From an uncultured Gemmatimonadota bacterium (lineage in GTDB: Bacteria; SM23-81), in contig CAZOYL010000052.1 of the NCBI GenBank assembly GCA_964584035.1, positions 1-16,807 of the forward strand: a stretch of 16,807 nucleotides of DNA. Direction: 5' to 3'. Under the pieces are notes generated by a model, which was given only the letters and a program-made list of their open reading frames with translations, ran no database searches and was not told where the DNA came from. Positions 14,688-16,807 of the stretch are shown piece after piece (within the stretch, counting starts at the first letter, position 1; every line of letters starts with the position of its first letter). The translations under genes were made by a program, and so were the position numbers.

Positions 14688-16807
14688 CGGCGGGCCTTCG
14701 TCGGTTTGCATTCCTTCAACGCCGCCAGGACCCTCTCCGGCGTGAACGGCACCTCCCGCAGGCGGGCGCCGGTGGCATGATAGATGGCGTTGGCGATGGC
14801 CGGAGCGGGACCGTTGGCCGGTATTTCCGAGACCGACTTGGCCCCGAAGGGGCCGGTCGGCTCGAAGCTTTCCACCAGGATCACCTTGATGGGCGGCATA
14901 TCGGCGGCGGAAAGGATCTTATAATCGAGGAACCGGGGATTGCGCATCCGTCCCCGGGCATCGAAATGATATTCCTCGGTGAGAGCGTACCCCAGCCCCA
15001 TGTGGAGCCCTCCCAGGGTCTGTCCTTCAGCCTGCTGGGGATTGATGGCCGTGCCGCAGTCGACGGCGGCGACGTATTGCAGCACCTTGACCTGTCCCGT
15101 CTCGGTATCCACCGCCACTTCGACAAAATGGGCCGAGAAGGGCGGGGGGCAATCATAGGAGATATGAGAGGCCGTGGCCATGATCTGCTCCTGGTCCTCC
15201 TCGTACAGGGCATTCATGCAGATCTCTCCTAACGACAGCTTTTTGCGCCGGCCGACGACCAGACCGTCCTGCAACATCAGATACTGCTCCTCCTCCCCCA
15301 GCATCCGGGCCGCCCTGGCCACGATCATTCGGCGCACCTTTTCGGCCGCCTTCTTGGCCGCCATGCCGGTAATATAGGTGGTGCTGGAGGCGTAGGCGCC
15401 GGTGTCATAGGGCGTCAGGTCGGTGTCCGACGACAGGACCTGGAACCGATCGGCACGGGTGCCCAGGACCTCGGCGGCGATCTGCGACAGAATGGTATCG
15501 GATCCGGTGCCCAGGTCGGTGGCTCCGGTCAGCAGGTTGAAGGATCCGTCCTCGTTGAGCTTGATGGTCACCGCTCCCATATCGATGCCCGGAATGCCGG
15601 AGCCCTGCTGCAGCACGGCCAGGCCCACTCCCCGCCGCACGGGGCCATCATCCTTTTTCCGGCCGCGTTTCTCCTTCCAGCCGATCTCCTTCATGCCCCG
15701 GCGGATGCATTCCCGGACCTGGCAGCTTTTCAGCACCTGTTTGACGCCTTCCCGGCCCTCTCCCAATTTTTCCAGCAGAGCCGGGGCATCGCCCACATCC
15801 ACCAGGTTTTTCAGCCGCATCTCGACCGGGTCCATGTCCAGCCGGGCGGCCAGCTCATCCAGGGTGGTATCCAGGGCAAAGTATCCCTGAGGCGCGCCAT
15901 ATCCCCGGATGGCCCCGGCCACGGGCAGATTGGTATAGACGGCGGTGGCCTTGAAGTGCACGTTATTGGTATCCGGCTGGTACTGTTTTGTCTTGTACAG
16001 CGGCAGGGTCTTGCTGCCCGTGTTGCACTGCACGGTGAGCGCGTGCGAGCCGTAGGCGCCGGTATCGGCCAGCACATCCAGCTCCGTGGCCGTCAGAAGC
16101 CCATCCCGGGTGGCCCCCACTTTGCAGCGCAGGACCTGACCGTGGCGGGTCCGCGATGAGGCGAAGACCTCCCGGCGAGACAGACGGATGCGCACCGGAC
16201 GTCCGGTCTTCATGGTCAACAGGGCGCAGACGGGCTCCAGCAGGATCTCCTGTTTGGCCCCGAAACCACCGCCGATACGCGGTTTGATCACCCGAATGTG
16301 TCCCGCCGGCAAATCCACCAGCGGGGCGATAATGCGGCGGACGTGAAACGGCACCTGGGTGGAGGTCAACACAACCAGACGTCCCGATTCATCCAGGTAG
16401 GTGATACAGACGTGGGGCTCGGTATGACTGGCATGGACCCGCCCGACGCGAAAACGGTTCTCCACCACGACATCGGCCTCGGCAAATCCGCGTTCCGGAT
16501 CGCCGTCGGTGACCTCCACCTGAGCGGCGATGTTCTTCTCGGGAACCGAGATGCCGTTGGCCGAGGGGATCTCGTGGATCCTGGGCGCATCCGGAGCCAT
16601 GGCCCTCTCCATATCCAGGACGGCCGGCAGAAGATCATATTCCACCTCGATCCTGGCCAGAGCTCTGCGGACGATGTCCGGCGAATCGGCCGCCACGGCC
16701 GCCACGGCATCGCCGACATAGCGGACCTTGTCATCCAGCACGAAGGTGTCCTTGGGCGAGGGCTCCGGCGCGCCCTGACCGGCGGTGGTATACTGAATGC
16801 GGGGCAC
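14684..16807 (-). CDS. XdhD-like xanthine dehydrogenase family molybdopterin-binding subunit, 5' end outside the window
   Basis: AGQGAPEPSP.D, TQVPFHVRR, RIGGGFGAKQ, GAIRGYGAPQG, DLGTGSDT, GAYASS, DCGTAINP and GPFGAKSVSEI motifs resemble E. coli XdhD-type subunits. The N-terminal KVTG region is missing, so the track's start at 16807 is an edge artefact. Confidence 0.92.
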   Translation of the reverse strand: MPRIQYTTAGQGAPEPSPKDTFVLDDKVRYVGDAVAAVAADSPDIVRRALARIEVEYDLLPAVLDMERAMAPDAPRIHEIPSANGISVPEKNIAAQVEVTDGDPERGFAEADVVVENRFRVGRVHASHTEPHVCITYLDESGRLVVLTSTQVPFHVRRIIAPLVDLPAGHIRVIKPRIGGGFGAKQEILLEPVCALLTMKTGRPVRIRLSRREVFASSRTRHGQVLRCKVGATRDGLLTATELDVLADTGAYGSHALTVQCNTGSKTLPLYKTKQYQPDTNNVHFKATAVYTNLPVAGAIRGYGAPQGYFALDTTLDELAARLDMDPVEMRLKNLVDVGDAPALLEKLGEGREGVKQVLKSCQVRECIRRGMKEIGWKEKRGRKKDDGPVRRGVGLAVLQQGSGIPGIDMGAVTIKLNEDGSFNLLTGATDLGTGSDTILSQIAAEVLGTRADRFQVLSSDTDLTPYDTGAYASSTTYITGMAAKKAAEKVRRMIVARAARMLGEEEQYLMLQDGLVVGRRKKLSLGEICMNALYEEDQEQIMATASHISYDCPPPFSAHFVEVAVDTETGQVKVLQYVAAVDCGTAINPQQAEGQTLGGLHMGLGYALTEEYHFDARGRMRNPRFLDYKILSAADMPPIKVILVESFEPTGPFGAKSVSEIPANGPAPAIANAIYHATGARLREVPFTPERVLAALKECKPTKARR

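Noticed and set aside
14688..14711. Upstream ATG at 14711 for the deaminase
   Set aside because: It lies inside the XdhD-like gene; the ATG at 14687 gives the ATGA overlap seen elsewhere in the locus and a family-typical N-terminus.
54..15890. Long plus-strand ORFs such as 54-797, 644-2080, 4248-5135, 5027-6505, 8719-10458 and 13443-14780
   Set aside because: They are antisense shadows of well-supported minus-strand genes, expected from high-GC codon bias, and show no recognisable motifs.
695..16807. Selenocysteine or pyrrolysine read-through or programmed frameshifts
   Set aside because: Apart from the deletion remnant and the edge-truncated genes, the proteins appear full length at their stops; several TGA stops are ATGA overlaps, and the TAG at 695-697 is not in frame with the downstream deaminase.

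Overview
High-GC bacterial window in which every supported gene lies on the minus strand. Read right to left it is a nucleobase/N-heterocycle catabolic locus: a 5'-truncated XdhD-like molybdopterin hydroxylase large subunit, an 8-oxoguanine-deaminase-like amidohydrolase, a short tandem repeat with a possible terminator and a near-consensus sigma70 promoter, then DUF2877 (YlbF/YahE-like), a GT-C (ArnT/PMT-like) membrane glycosyltransferase with TPRs, FdrA, DUF1116 (YlbE/YahG-like), a complete second xanthine-dehydrogenase-family enzyme (Mo, FAD and 2Fe-2S subunits), an internally deleted nitronate monooxygenase/FabK-like remnant, a secreted metallophosphoesterase and a 3'-truncated cytosine-deaminase-like amidohydrolase that is missing from the ORF track. 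The most interesting aspect is an FdrA/DUF1116/DUF2877 (AllFGH/YahEFG-type) module linked to two different Mo-hydroxylases and two deaminases with no allantoin-pathway genes in view, and with a glycosyltransferase-TPR gene overlapping both neighbours inside it. No RNA genes, CRISPR arrays or mobile elements were recognised. All family calls come from motif recognition by eye, not from database searches.
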